Shown here piece after piece: positions 6,396-16,086 of a stretch of DNA of 32,028 bases (positions are counted from its first letter, which is position 1; each line of letters opens with the position of its first letter). Location: UHGV virus genome UHGV-0196822. One strand, 5' to 3'. The notes beneath the pieces were generated by a model, which saw nothing but the letters and a program-made list of their open reading frames with translations, searched no databases and was not told where the DNA came from. This stretch comes from a virus. The position numbers and the translations under genes were made by a program.

Positions 6396-7264
6396 GCAGT
6401 TACCTCCGTGATGGTCACCTGAACCGAAAGATTGGCGTTGGGCTTCTCTCCAAGCGCTTTTGCGGTAAGGGTGCCATTGTTGTTTTCAATCCAGATAGCG
6501 CCGGTTCCGCTGTCAACCATGGTGTTGTAGGCGGCGGTGTCGATCTGGATATCCACCTTGCTATTGGCAGTAGTCCCAAGGCCGGTCACGGTTTGGCTGT
6601 AGGGGCTTTCGGAGCCAAGCCAAGATGCCGCAGGAAGCGAAAGCTGCTTAATAACAACAGCTCGGTTGATCTTGTACTCCATCTTGCCAATGGCCTGTGT
6701 TACCGTGTCTGTTGTGGTTACATTCTGTCGGGAGGTTGCCTGCTTGTAGCCGGGGATTTTGATTTGGCTGCCGGTGTAATCGCCGGTTTGCGGTGTCACC
6801 GCTCCGGTGCGGCCGTTAAAGCTCGCAACAGTACCGGGGCTGATGGTGTGCGCTACATACTGCAAATCGGAGATCATTGTGGGCTGGGCTGTGTAAGTGG
6901 CTATCGGCAGCTGGTACACAGTACCGCTTGCATTGATATCCTCCTGCACCAGCGCCGGAAGCGGGTCTTGCGCCTGTGTCACAAAAGAAATCGGTGCTTC
7001 GGTGTTTGCCATGTCAATTTGGATAAGCAATCGACCGGGGACAGAGCCGCTGGTCGGAAGCGTCGCATTGATCGTTTGGGCTTCCACAACAAAGTTTCGA
7101 CCGAGGATTATGCCACGGCCATCGGAAACATTGATGATGTTACCGCCCTGTGTAGTTACCTCAACGCCCGTAAAGATGCCGCTGTCGTTAATAATGTGGT
7201 TGTACAGATACGCATCATCCGTTGGAGTTACGATAGATGCGTTATACTGGAGCAGCGTTATCAT
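6392..7264 (-). CDS. Baseplate / upper tail fibre protein
   Basis: INVSDGRGIILGR and QEDIN..GTVYQLPIA baseplate-type N-terminus; VASFNGRTGAV fibre repeat; position after Tal. Confidence 0.75.
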   Translation of the reverse strand: MITLLQYNASIVTPTDDAYLYNHIINDSGIFTGVEVTTQGGNIINVSDGRGIILGRNFVVEAQTINATLPTSGSVPGRLLIQIDMANTEAPISFVTQAQDPLPALVQEDINASGTVYQLPIATYTAQPTMISDLQYVAHTISPGTVASFNGRTGAVTPQTGDYTGSQIKIPGYKQATSRQNVTTTDTVTQAIGKMEYKINRAVVIKQLSLPAASWLGSESPYSQTVTGLGTTANSKVDIQIDTAAYNTMVDSGTGAIWIENNNGTLTAKALGEKPNANLSVQVTITEVTA

Positions 7265-8298
7265 GCGTTTGCCCTCCTTTCGAGGATTAGGATTTTGGTC
7301 AAATCGGCGCGGACAACGCCAAAGGTCATTTTCGTGATATCCTGTGACCGGGTATATCCGGTAAGAATGGACTTATAGCTGCTGTCGCCGTCAATGACAA
7401 GTACCTCTGTACCAATAGCCATAGAGGTATCAAGTACGCCGCAGTCATTGCGGGCAGTCAGCTCGATCATGTTGTCGTACTGCTGCGGTGTCAGGGCTTC
7501 ATACGCCTTTTGGTAGGCTGCTGTATCAAAGTCAACATTAGTCTCCAAAAACTGTGCTGCAAAGAATACCGGCGTGATCCGGTCGGAATTGTTGGTGTCA
7601 ACCTTTCCGTTTGGGTGCAGATAATAGGTCACATTCTGCGTTTCATCCGCTTTGTTGTAGATGGTCACCTTGTTCAGCTGGCCGGAGCTGTCACCAATGA
7701 TAATATTTTTATCTACAATGGCCTGTAGGTTTGCTTCGATAACAGCGCTGCAGCTTACCTTGCCAACCGTAACGGTAATAGCCTTATTCTGCGGGTCAAA
7801 GGCCATGTTGACAGCAATTCCATAAGCCGTCAAGGATTTGGTGATGATCTCATAAAAGCTGTGAATGTTGTCTTTGAGGTTTAGCGCTCCGGTTGTCTCG
7901 GAGGTCGTTTCCACCGTCATGCCGGAGATGTTTTGCATGGTGTCACCGGAGGAAATAAAGTTGTCCGTTATGATACCAGCAATAAACTGCTCTATTTTGG
8001 ATGATGTTGTGCGGTCAAAGTGTACATCCACATCAAACAGAGACATCAAGGGCTGCGCAGAGATGGTCACGCCGGTTTTGTCTGTTTCAACATCATCAAC
8101 AATGCCTTGGTAGGCTACTGCGCCGTTTTGGTCGGTCACGCTGATAAAATCACCTTTCTTTGCGTCAATTTTTACAGCCCGGAGAGTGGTTTTCTCTACC
8201 GTTAGGTAGTCAAACTGTATTTCTGGGCTTTCGATTGGCGCAAAGCTGCGGAAAGTATAATCACGAGCGAACACTTCACACTTAAACAGAGTACGCAA
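7261..8298 (-). CDS. Baseplate hub (Tal / gp37-like) minor tail protein
   Basis: Position after Dit; YQGIVDDV motif; probable TTG start at 8298 behind ggaggtgg. Confidence 0.7.
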   Translation of the reverse strand: MRTLFKCEVFARDYTFRSFAPIESPEIQFDYLTVEKTTLRAVKIDAKKGDFISVTDQNGAVAYQGIVDDVETDKTGVTISAQPLMSLFDVDVHFDRTTSSKIEQFIAGIITDNFISSGDTMQNISGMTVETTSETTGALNLKDNIHSFYEIITKSLTAYGIAVNMAFDPQNKAITVTVGKVSCSAVIEANLQAIVDKNIIIGDSSGQLNKVTIYNKADETQNVTYYLHPNGKVDTNNSDRITPVFFAAQFLETNVDFDTAAYQKAYEALTPQQYDNMIELTARNDCGVLDTSMAIGTEVLVIDGDSSYKSILTGYTRSQDITKMTFGVVRADLTKILILERRANA

Positions 8299-9103
8299 GT
8301 TTTTCCACCTCCACATATGCTGTGATATCCGATGTGCCATCGTGGGAGAATGTCAAAGTACTCTCGCCCGGCGGAGCGTAAATAAACCGGCCGGTTGAAA
8401 AGTCGCTGGACTGGTACAGGTTTTGCACAAATGTACCCTCCAGGGTATATTCTGCAATTTCCATCGTGGATGGATCGGCGTCAACAACGAGCTTATGACC
8501 TTCCGGTATGGTAGCTGTTACCTTACCAACCGCAACACGAACACCAGCCTTTGTAAGCGCCCACGCTGGGTTTACAATAGGCCCGAATATCTGCAGCCTG
8601 CATGGAGAAGGAAGATCGCCGTTTTTGAGCTTTGCAGAGCCGGAAATCGTCTCGATATAAGTGTAAGGATAGGTGTAGCTATATGTTTTGCTGTTTACGC
8701 CAGATGGCTGCACTTTGGACGAAACAATAGCTTCATGCCAAGTACCAAAGCAAAGGAATGTAACTGGCACAGCAAGATAGCCAGACTTAAACTCGGATTT
8801 ATCCGCAGTCTGTACCTCGCACTTAATCTTGTACCAGGTATCAAGCGGAGAATACATGAGGAACAGCGGCCCCTTGGTGATGAATGAAACAAACGCTTGA
8901 TATCTGGCATAGCTAAAGAAGATCATTTCGCCAGTAACAGCGTACTGATTGAGGTATTCGTCAGAAACAAGCCACGCGCTACCGGCTTGAATGGCGGAAT
9001 AGGTTTTGCTAAAGCCCAAACCGCCCGGCGCGTTAAGGTACGCAGTTTTATCCATCAAATCCCACTCGGCGCCTACATTGTTTTGGAGCTTAAATTTTCT
9101 CAT
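8282..9103 (-). CDS. Distal tail protein (Dit)
   Basis: Immediately after tape measure; NGDLPSPCRLQIFGPIVNP and PPGESTL motifs typical of Dit. Confidence 0.8.
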   Translation of the reverse strand: MRKFKLQNNVGAEWDLMDKTAYLNAPGGLGFSKTYSAIQAGSAWLVSDEYLNQYAVTGEMIFFSYARYQAFVSFITKGPLFLMYSPLDTWYKIKCEVQTADKSEFKSGYLAVPVTFLCFGTWHEAIVSSKVQPSGVNSKTYSYTYPYTYIETISGSAKLKNGDLPSPCRLQIFGPIVNPAWALTKAGVRVAVGKVTATIPEGHKLVVDADPSTMEIAEYTLEGTFVQNLYQSSDFSTGRFIYAPPGESTLTFSHDGTSDITAYVEVEKLAYSV

Positions 9104-11445
9104 TAGTAGGCCCTCCCGAGTGCGCGGTTTACCGCCTGCACCAAATTGCGGGCAGCAGCTTCACCAGCGGCGTTGTCGTAACCGTTAAAGGTGTTGTTCA
9201 TCTCGATTGTAATGCCACCACGGCCAGCGTCACCATTGAGAGGCATAACATGAGCGCGACCACCCGCCATGGTAAGCAGTTCTGGCCCGGCTTCGCCAAC
9301 AATGGCGCTGCCGGAGGATAAGATGCCGCCCTTGGCAAGGTATGCGATCTTTCCAATGGTCGGGATATTAAAGCCAAGCGATTTACCACCCAGCACAGGC
9401 ACCCAATCCGGAACATCAAAGTGAATGCTGTTAAGGCCGTTTATCATCCAGTTAATAGCGTCAATGACCATGTTGATAAGACCGATGATACCATTAAGGG
9501 GAGCCTTTGCAATCGCCACGAGAGCCGTAAAGATACCCTTAAAGATTTCCTGCACGCCTGTCCATGCTAGCTCCCAGTCTCCTGTGAATACACCACGGAT
9601 GAAATCGATGATGCCATCAAATACAGCTTTAATGGAATCCCAAATAGACTTTACGGTAGCGAAAAATACATTAAGGATTTCTCCGAGAACACCAAAGGAC
9701 TGCGACCAATCGGTAGTAAATACGCCCTGCAGGAAGTCATCTACACTCTGCAAGATTGCCTGTATCTCTTCGCCCTTAGTGGCAATCAGTGCAACAAGAC
9801 CGACTATGGCAGCAATAATCAGAACAATAGGATTTGCAAGCAGGAAATTGATAGCCGTAGTCAGTGCAGGTATTACAGTGCCAGTAATAAAACTGATAGC
9901 ACCGGCTATACCTGATATGATCCCAGCAACAGGAGAGATTGCAGCGATAAGGCCACCCACGATGAGGATTGTCTTTTTTGTGCTGCTGTCGAGGTTGTAA
10001 AACCAGTCAATAACATTCTGCAGCGCGCCAACAATCGAATTGATGATAGGGAGCAGGATATCTCCAATGGAAATTGCAAGATTATTAAGGCCGTTTTTTA
10101 GGATTTTCAACTGGCTTTCGGTCGTTGCGTATCTTTTGCTTGCCTCGTTGGAAAGGGCAATGTTTTCGTCCCATGCAGTATTTGCGGTTGTAACAGCATC
10201 GTCCAACACATCGGATGCAAGGGCCAACGCACGAAGCATATTGGACTGGCGAATACCGGAGAGCCCCAATTCATCCAATACGGAGATTGTGTCCTCTCCA
10301 TTTTCGTTCATCTTCCCAAGCCCGCCGATGAAAGCACTGATTGCGTCTATCGGCTCATTGCCCCACATATCTGCGAATTCAGAAGCAGATACACCAGCGA
10401 TCTTTGCGAATGTTTCAAGATCATCACCGCCAGCAGACACAGCCTTGCTTATTGCGGTCATTGTTTGGGTCATTGCCGTACCGCCTGCCTCTGCGTTGAT
10501 GCCAACCGAGGACATTGCGGTAGACAATGCAAGGATATCCTGTTCGGACAACCCGGCAACTGTACCAGCAGACGCAAGGCGTGTAGCCATCTCAACAATA
10601 TCGCGCTCTGTTGTGGCAAAGTTATTGCCAAGGTCAACGATGGTACTGCCGAGTTTGGAGTATTCATCAGCGGTCGTTCCGGTAATGTTGGCAAATTTGG
10701 CAAGTGCAGAGGCAGCTTCATCAGCGGAAAGGTTTGTTGCTTCGCCCAAGTCGATCATGACGCGGGTAAAGTCAAGTACATCATCGGTGGCAATACCCAA
10801 CTGTCCAGCAGCTTCCGCAACCGCCGCAATCTCCGTAGTGGACGCAGGAATTTCTTCTGCCATGTCCAATATGCCCTGCCGGAGTGCCGCAAGCTGCTCT
10901 GTAGTGCCGTCTACTGTTTTTTCAACGCCAGCAAAGGCGCTTTCAAATTCTACAGCAGCTTTTGTGGCTGCCACTCCTGCGCCTGCAAAGGCCAAAGATG
11001 CCGGTGCAAACTTCTTTGCAATGTTCCCGGACTTTTCTGCTATTTCGCCGGTAACCGCTGAAACCTGTGCAAGTGCCGCACGGCTCTTGGACGCTTCGGC
11101 CTGTAGGTCTTTCAGCTTTAGTTCGGCGCTGGTCAGTTCCCGGACTAACTCACGGTATTGTTTTTGGTTGATCTCCGTGCCGTCCGCCATTTCCTGATCC
11201 GCTTTCTTTTTGGCGTTTCGGAGGCTTTCAACCTTGTTTTCTGTATTTTTGATTTGTTCCCCGAGCAATTGCTCCTTTTGTTTGAGCAGGTCAATATTGG
11301 TCGGGTCGAGTTTCAGCAGGCGATTGACTTTATTAAGCTCCGATTGTGTCCCACGGATTTCGCTGTTCAGAGAGCTGATCGCTTTCGACAAGCCCTTTGT
11401 ATCGCCGCCGATTTCAACAACGATGCCTTTAACATTTTCAGCCAA
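9103..11445 (-). CDS. Tape measure protein (TP901-like core)
   Basis: KGIVVEIGGDT N-terminus, FESAFAGVEKTVD, GINAEAGGTA, aromatic 11-residue periodic C-terminal part; TTG start at 11445. Confidence 0.93.
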   Translation of the reverse strand: MAENVKGIVVEIGGDTKGLSKAISSLNSEIRGTQSELNKVNRLLKLDPTNIDLLKQKEQLLGEQIKNTENKVESLRNAKKKADQEMADGTEINQKQYRELVRELTSAELKLKDLQAEASKSRAALAQVSAVTGEIAEKSGNIAKKFAPASLAFAGAGVAATKAAVEFESAFAGVEKTVDGTTEQLAALRQGILDMAEEIPASTTEIAAVAEAAGQLGIATDDVLDFTRVMIDLGEATNLSADEAASALAKFANITGTTADEYSKLGSTIVDLGNNFATTERDIVEMATRLASAGTVAGLSEQDILALSTAMSSVGINAEAGGTAMTQTMTAISKAVSAGGDDLETFAKIAGVSASEFADMWGNEPIDAISAFIGGLGKMNENGEDTISVLDELGLSGIRQSNMLRALALASDVLDDAVTTANTAWDENIALSNEASKRYATTESQLKILKNGLNNLAISIGDILLPIINSIVGALQNVIDWFYNLDSSTKKTILIVGGLIAAISPVAGIISGIAGAISFITGTVIPALTTAINFLLANPIVLIIAAIVGLVALIATKGEEIQAILQSVDDFLQGVFTTDWSQSFGVLGEILNVFFATVKSIWDSIKAVFDGIIDFIRGVFTGDWELAWTGVQEIFKGIFTALVAIAKAPLNGIIGLINMVIDAINWMINGLNSIHFDVPDWVPVLGGKSLGFNIPTIGKIAYLAKGGILSSGSAIVGEAGPELLTMAGGRAHVMPLNGDAGRGGITIEMNNTFNGYDNAAGEAAARNLVQAVNRALGRAY

Positions 11446-11656
11446 TCTTACCACCTCCTGCGAAGAAATCACGCAAGCCGCCGGGTCTGCCCCTTATGGC
11501 ATACTGTTCTGCGTCGTTGGCCTTTTCGATCATCAAATCATAGACCATTCCGCAGGTCATGTCCTCCAGCGCTTCATCGGATAACCCGAGTTCAGCGCAG
11601 CGGAGCATAAAGGTTGACCCGGTAGGCTCACGCACGGTTTGTTTTATTTTTTTTTT
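11438..11656 (-). CDS. Tail assembly chaperone, frameshift extension (gpT-like)
   Basis: Overlapping -1 frame ORF beginning at an A10 run at the end of the upstream chaperone. Confidence 0.75.
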   Translation of the reverse strand, partial: KKKIKQTVREPTGSTFMLRCAELGLSDEALEDMTCGMVYDLMIEKANDAEQYAIRGRPGGLRDFFAGGGKIG

Positions 11657-11985
11657 GGAACAGCGGTAGTCTTGTTGTTCAGGCTCCAAAGCTCCAAAAT
11701 GGCAGGGAGCACTTTATAGATGGAAAACATCTCAAACTGCTCCAGCCACTCGTCAACATTGTCCGGGATGGACCCGTCATATTGCCGAGCCATGATAAAA
11801 GCGACATCCTCAAAGATTTCAAGATCGCTTACGGAAAAAGATCCGTCATCGGATGTCGCTGCTGTTTGTAGCTTTTGCAGGTCTCGGACAATGTCCCGAC
11901 CCACCTTGTGGCGGTAGATGCGTGGGGTCAGCGCATTAGCGCACAACCCTACACTTTTTCCGTCGATCTCGATTACTTTGTTCAT
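11644..11985 (-). CDS. Tail assembly chaperone (gpG-like)
   Basis: Between major tail and tape measure genes; ends in slippery CCAAAAAAAAAATAA. Confidence 0.85.
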   Translation of the reverse strand: MNKVIEIDGKSVGLCANALTPRIYRHKVGRDIVRDLQKLQTAATSDDGSFSVSDLEIFEDVAFIMARQYDGSIPDNVDEWLEQFEMFSIYKVLPAILELWSLNNKTTAVPKKK

Positions 11986-11986
11986 T

Positions 11987-12544
11987 TCAGCCTCCAGTCG
12001 TCGGAGTGAATACGGCGGTGTACCAGCCGTTCACGGTCGCCTCCGGGGTCTCCGCCGTAGTGTAGGCAAGGGAGTTGCCGTTTGCCAGCGGGGAAGCGGT
12101 GATGCTGACGGTCTGCGTCTGCGGCTCTACGCTCTCGGTCGTGGTGTTCAGCTCACGGGTAGGCCGAGTGCAGGTGCAGTTGTAAAGAACAAACTTCGTC
12201 CCGTTCACATCGCCCTCCTCTTGGAACAGCAGTGCGAAAGACTTGGGCTGAATGTTTGCATTCTCGATCATCACCTTGCTGGTGGTGTCAAGAGTGTACC
12301 CAAAAACATCCTTTAGGAATGCTTCGGGGAAAACGGCGACTTCGAGATCGCCTGTGTAGCCGCTGTTCGCCACGGCTACAAAGTACTGAATGTTGTCCGC
12401 ATAAAACGGGGTGGTATCGCCGGAAGGCTCCAAAGACAGGCTAACTGCGCCGGGGATGGCTACGGGAGTGCCGTAGGTGTTATTTTCCCCGTCGAGGATA
12501 GCGTAATGGACATTCGAGATACCGAATTTAACTTTATCAGCCAT
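11987..12544 (-). CDS. Major tail protein (phi13 family)
   Basis: KVKFGISNVHYA, IPGAVSLSL, FYADN, GYTGDLE, FALLF, LYNC..TRP motifs. Confidence 0.93.
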   Translation of the reverse strand: MADKVKFGISNVHYAILDGENNTYGTPVAIPGAVSLSLEPSGDTTPFYADNIQYFVAVANSGYTGDLEVAVFPEAFLKDVFGYTLDTTSKVMIENANIQPKSFALLFQEEGDVNGTKFVLYNCTCTRPTRELNTTTESVEPQTQTVSITASPLANGNSLAYTTAETPEATVNGWYTAVFTPTTGG

Positions 12545-12546
12545 TT

Positions 12547-12852
12547 TTACACCTCGATTTCATAAACTACTTGGTTACACTGCTGATCTTCAATGTAACT
12601 CTCGGACTTCTGCCAAAACAGAGAGGACAAGGCCTGTTCGACTTTGCCCTCTGCTGTTAGGTCTTTATCTTTTGTGTAAAGCTCAACCTGTATATGGTTG
12701 ATGGGGTGATACACCACATTGTCAGCGCCAAAATTATTGGAGTAGGAGACGCGATAGAGGATATACGGTAACTTTTGCGGCTTATTGAAGTAACCGTAAG
12801 CTACGGGCATCCTCGTCTGTTTTAACAGGGAATTGACCTCTTGCAGTGTCAT
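12547..12852 (-). CDS. Tail terminator / completion protein
   Basis: PYILY..NNFGADNVVY..IQVELYT.KD; position. Confidence 0.8.
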   Translation of the reverse strand: MTLQEVNSLLKQTRMPVAYGYFNKPQKLPYILYRVSYSNNFGADNVVYHPINHIQVELYTKDKDLTAEGKVEQALSSLFWQKSESYIEDQQCNQVVYEIEV

Positions 12853-13241
12853 CCTTTCTTAATCACCACCTTTACACGGGTTAAAAGTTTCTGCTCTGCC
12901 TTTTGCTCCGCTGGGCCGATGTGGGGGAATGGGCGGGCAGAGCCTTTTGCGGTTCCGCCTGGGCCTGCGTGACCATGTTCCAGCAAGTGCGTGAGCTGGT
13001 AATCCGTTTTGTTGAAAATTCGCATACGGATATCGCTGTAGCTCTCATATGCGACCTTGTCACGCCAACCGGCCTTATAATCGCCGGTCTGTACCGGGCT
13101 GCCGGTCACAATGTCTTGGCGGCATTCCTTTGCCACCTGCCGAACCTCTTTTTTTACGCCATCCGTAACGGCCTGGTCATAGTTTTTCAGTTCGGACAGG
13201 ATTGCCGTTGCCAACTCATCCGGTCTAACCGTTTTCGACAT
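12849..13241 (-). CDS. HK97 gp10-like neck protein
   Basis: SPVQTGDYKAGW, LTHLLEHGHA, PHIGPA motifs. Confidence 0.85.
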   Translation of the reverse strand: MSKTVRPDELATAILSELKNYDQAVTDGVKKEVRQVAKECRQDIVTGSPVQTGDYKAGWRDKVAYESYSDIRMRIFNKTDYQLTHLLEHGHAGPGGTAKGSARPFPHIGPAEQKAEQKLLTRVKVVIKKG

Positions 13242-13539
13242 CGTTGCCCACCTTTTCCTCAAGGTACAGCTCTATTTCATCGCTGCCTGTTGCAAAATAG
13301 GTGCGATAAATAGAATAGCGTGTGCCGCGCCACTCGGCTAATTTCTGCCCAGCATAGTTGGCGATAGGAGTAACCGCCACAAGGGACGGCTGCAAGCCGT
13401 TTTGACCGGCGGAATAGAACTCCGCCCGTGTAGCGGACTGCAGCCGCGCCCAGACCTGTGTTGTGGTTTCTGTGGCAATCTGTACCCCGATATCGTTCTG
13501 CTCAAAGGTTTGGGAGATTAATGTAATGAGATCATCCAA
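13225..13539 (-). CDS. Head closure / head-tail adaptor
   Basis: SATRAEFYSAGQNGLQP..RYSIYRTY motif; position. Confidence 0.8.
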   Translation of the reverse strand: MDDLITLISQTFEQNDIGVQIATETTTQVWARLQSATRAEFYSAGQNGLQPSLVAVTPIANYAGQKLAEWRGTRYSIYRTYFATGSDEIELYLEEKVGNDVENG

Positions 13540-13540
13540 A

Positions 13541-13813
13541 TTAATCACCCACCTTTTGCTCAAACAGCCGGTTGTTGAGTGCCCACCGGAGCATCCGGGG
13601 CATTGCTACGACCTTTTCCCGGCGTTGCCGGTAAAGGTAGGCGGCGTACATCTCCACCAGCATAGCATCACCGGTGCTGGTGGAAAGTACGATTCCCTCG
13701 GTAGCGATATACTCCTTGGCAGACGCGATCAACGCCGACAGGTAATCGTCAAGCGCTGTTGTGGAAAGTTGCAAATCAACCTTCAAGATCACGAGGATAT
13801 CAGCGTCTGTCAT
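13541..13813 (-). CDS. Head-tail connector (gp6-like)
   Basis: LKVDL..DDYL..LI.SAKEYI..EGI; directly after capsid. Confidence 0.82.
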   Translation of the reverse strand: MTDADILVILKVDLQLSTTALDDYLSALIASAKEYIATEGIVLSTSTGDAMLVEMYAAYLYRQRREKVVAMPRMLRWALNNRLFEQKVGD

Positions 13814-13826
13814 GCTTTAACCCCCC

Positions 13827-15512
13827 TTAGGAAGCCTTGGTTACATTTACGGTATAGACTACGGTCTCGTTGCCGTTCTTCACGGTTACGGTCAGAGGAT
13901 GGGCAGTGCCATCAGCCAGCCAAGTAACAGTGCCGCCGTTCTTCACATTGGCGTTGTTGTAGGCGATAGCAACCTGTGCGCCTGCGACCTCGGTGGTGGC
14001 GTTTACGGCAGCAGTCGCAGCGGAAGCGGTAGCGGTGTAGCTCAGAACATCGCCGTCAAATGCGGGACTGAGAGACAGGCTGCCGACAGTCAGAGCGGAC
14101 AGCTTGGCGTTGTTGGCGGTATCAGCCGCAAAGGTCATGGAGGTGGTTACGGAAGCGCCGTTAATGTTGATCGCCACAAAAGCGCCGGGGATAACGGGCA
14201 TACCGTCAGCACGCTCTTTGCCGCGGAATACGGTGTTGTCCTGAATGAACTGAACCTCGCGGGATGCTTCGATGGTCATGCCGGAGCGCTGCGCCCACAG
14301 GTACAGGTCGCCATAGCCGCCAACGATGTCGCCATCGGGGATAAATTCGAGGATTTCCACATCACCGCCGATGATGGGCATGGTCATACCGTCAAAGGTG
14401 ACATACCGGCCCAAAGCGGTAGCAAGGATTGCCTTGGACTGCAGAGTAGCCAGGGTCTTGCTATTCATAGCCCAGAAGCGCTCGCCGCGGGAATAGCGGG
14501 TGAAGGTGTTACCAGCAGCAACAGCCAGCGCAGCCCAGAAAGCCTCGCCGGTAGAAGCGGTGGGAATGGTGATGATGTTGGAGGTGTGCAGGTCAACCCA
14601 AGCAGGAGCATTGGCCGGGTAATCGCTGGGTTTGCTCTCCTGCGCCAGACGCGTCACAATACCAAGAGGCATCTTCTGACCAGCGCCCTTACCGTACAGG
14701 ATGGCCTTATCCTTGGCAAGGCCGATAGCCTCGGACAGCATCTCGACAATCCAGGAGGCGAGGTTTACATCGTTATCCTCCAGCAGGGAATTACAAACAG
14801 GAACATAACCGGCAACCTTGAAGCCGTCAAGAGTGATCTGGTTAAAGCTGAAGGTCAGCTCATTGATGGCACCGCACATTTCAGTCCAAACGGCCTCGGG
14901 GACAGTACCGGCAATGGTCTGACGGGCTTCGCCATTGACATTGCGGATGCGGACCCGACGCATCAGTTTGGAGTAGCGATACATATTCTCGGCAATGAGG
15001 TCGAGGAATACAACAGGGATGGTCAGCTCACCACCGGTGATATCTCTCTTGCTGCGGGCAGCGTTACGAAGCTCCGCAAAGAAGGTCTGCACATCGGGCT
15101 GGGCTACGATAGCGTCACGCTGCTCTTTGGGAAGAGCGTCAAAGGCGCGCACATTCATGGGGAGGGAGCGAATGTTGATGGTATTCATGGTAAAATCATT
15201 CCTTTCGTCTTTCTTTTCTGCTTTGGGTTCAGCCTTGGGAGGATCCTTTTCGGCATTTTCCAAATCTTCCTCAAGGCCCTTGATTTCTGCGGACAGTTTT
15301 TCTTTTTCGGCGTTGTGGGCATCCTGTTCCTCGGTAAATTTGTTCATGGCGTCCTCAACAGCCTGCTGCTCCTCATCGGTGGTGGCTTCGCCGATTGCTT
15401 TTTCGATTTCAGCGGAGCGTGTTGCAAATTCTGCGTCTTTAGCTACCAGCGCCTCAAAAGCTGCTCTTTTCAGTTCCAGCTTTTTGGCAATCATAATGGA
15501 TTTCAGTGCCAT
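13827..15512 (-). CDS. HK97-family major capsid protein with N-terminal delta (scaffold) domain and C-terminal cadherin-like beta-sandwich
   Basis: Coiled-coil N-terminus; AVWTEM, LLED..NL, DKAILYGKG..MPLGI, GDIVGG..Y, RADG.P..AF motifs; tail NAKLSALTV..LSPAF..YTA..VYTVNVT. Confidence 0.93.
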   Translation of the reverse strand: MALKSIMIAKKLELKRAAFEALVAKDAEFATRSAEIEKAIGEATTDEEQQAVEDAMNKFTEEQDAHNAEKEKLSAEIKGLEEDLENAEKDPPKAEPKAEKKDERNDFTMNTINIRSLPMNVRAFDALPKEQRDAIVAQPDVQTFFAELRNAARSKRDITGGELTIPVVFLDLIAENMYRYSKLMRRVRIRNVNGEARQTIAGTVPEAVWTEMCGAINELTFSFNQITLDGFKVAGYVPVCNSLLEDNDVNLASWIVEMLSEAIGLAKDKAILYGKGAGQKMPLGIVTRLAQESKPSDYPANAPAWVDLHTSNIITIPTASTGEAFWAALAVAAGNTFTRYSRGERFWAMNSKTLATLQSKAILATALGRYVTFDGMTMPIIGGDVEILEFIPDGDIVGGYGDLYLWAQRSGMTIEASREVQFIQDNTVFRGKERADGMPVIPGAFVAININGASVTTSMTFAADTANNAKLSALTVGSLSLSPAFDGDVLSYTATASAATAAVNATTEVAGAQVAIAYNNANVKNGGTVTWLADGTAHPLTVTVKNGNETVVYTVNVTKAS

Positions 15513-15513
15513 G

Positions 15514-16086
15514 TCAGCACTCCTTTCTTAGCTTTTTGAGGGCTTCGGCCCTCCATTGGTCGAGCTTGCGCTCGTTGATCTTTTCAAGGTCTTTTTTCCG
15601 AGCCTCTACCATGGTGTCCTCGTAGGCCGGGAAGGTAACGACCGATACCTCATACAGTTTGACTTTGCGAATAGTCCACACGGTTGTGCCATCTGGCCGG
15701 ATTTCGGTTTCCTCGTCAAGGATGTCAAAGCCGAAAGAACATTGGGAAACATCCCCACGCTTTACGCGCTCATAGGCGTTCATGGCATCCTGATCCGCTT
15801 GATTAATGAGGATAGACCCCCAAAGGCCCAAATCATCAACGCGGAGGGTCAGTGTACCGGCTGTGTTTCGTCCGAGCACCATCGTGGTATCATGGTTGAC
15901 CAGCGCCCGGATATCATCACCGAGGGTACCGTCAAAGGCCCCGCGGTCAATACGCTCAATGGCCTTATCCCACATCCGGTACTCACCGGTAAAGGTTGCG
16001 AAATAGCCCTCAATGTAAAGGTTTCCACCGGCAGCGCGTGTCTTAAAGTCGCCGCTGCGGCTGATTGCCTGTCTTGCTCCTACCAT
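15514..16086 (-). CDS. HK97-family prohead protease
   Basis: IEGYFATF, ALVNHD, RGDVSQCSFGF, LYEVSVVTFPAY. Confidence 0.93.
   Translation of the reverse strand: MVGARQAISRSGDFKTRAAGGNLYIEGYFATFTGEYRMWDKAIERIDRGAFDGTLGDDIRALVNHDTTMVLGRNTAGTLTLRVDDLGLWGSILINQADQDAMNAYERVKRGDVSQCSFGFDILDEETEIRPDGTTVWTIRKVKLYEVSVVTFPAYEDTMVEARKKDLEKINERKLDQWRAEALKKLRKEC

Noticed and set aside
4550..6400. Complete diversity-generating retroelement
   Set aside because: No RT (YxDD) ORF, Avd or TR/VR repeat pair visible.
13899..15539. 546-aa + strand ORF (also 10040..11197, 6371..7378 and similar)
   Set aside because: Antisense shadows of capsid, tape measure and tail genes; no motifs or RBS.
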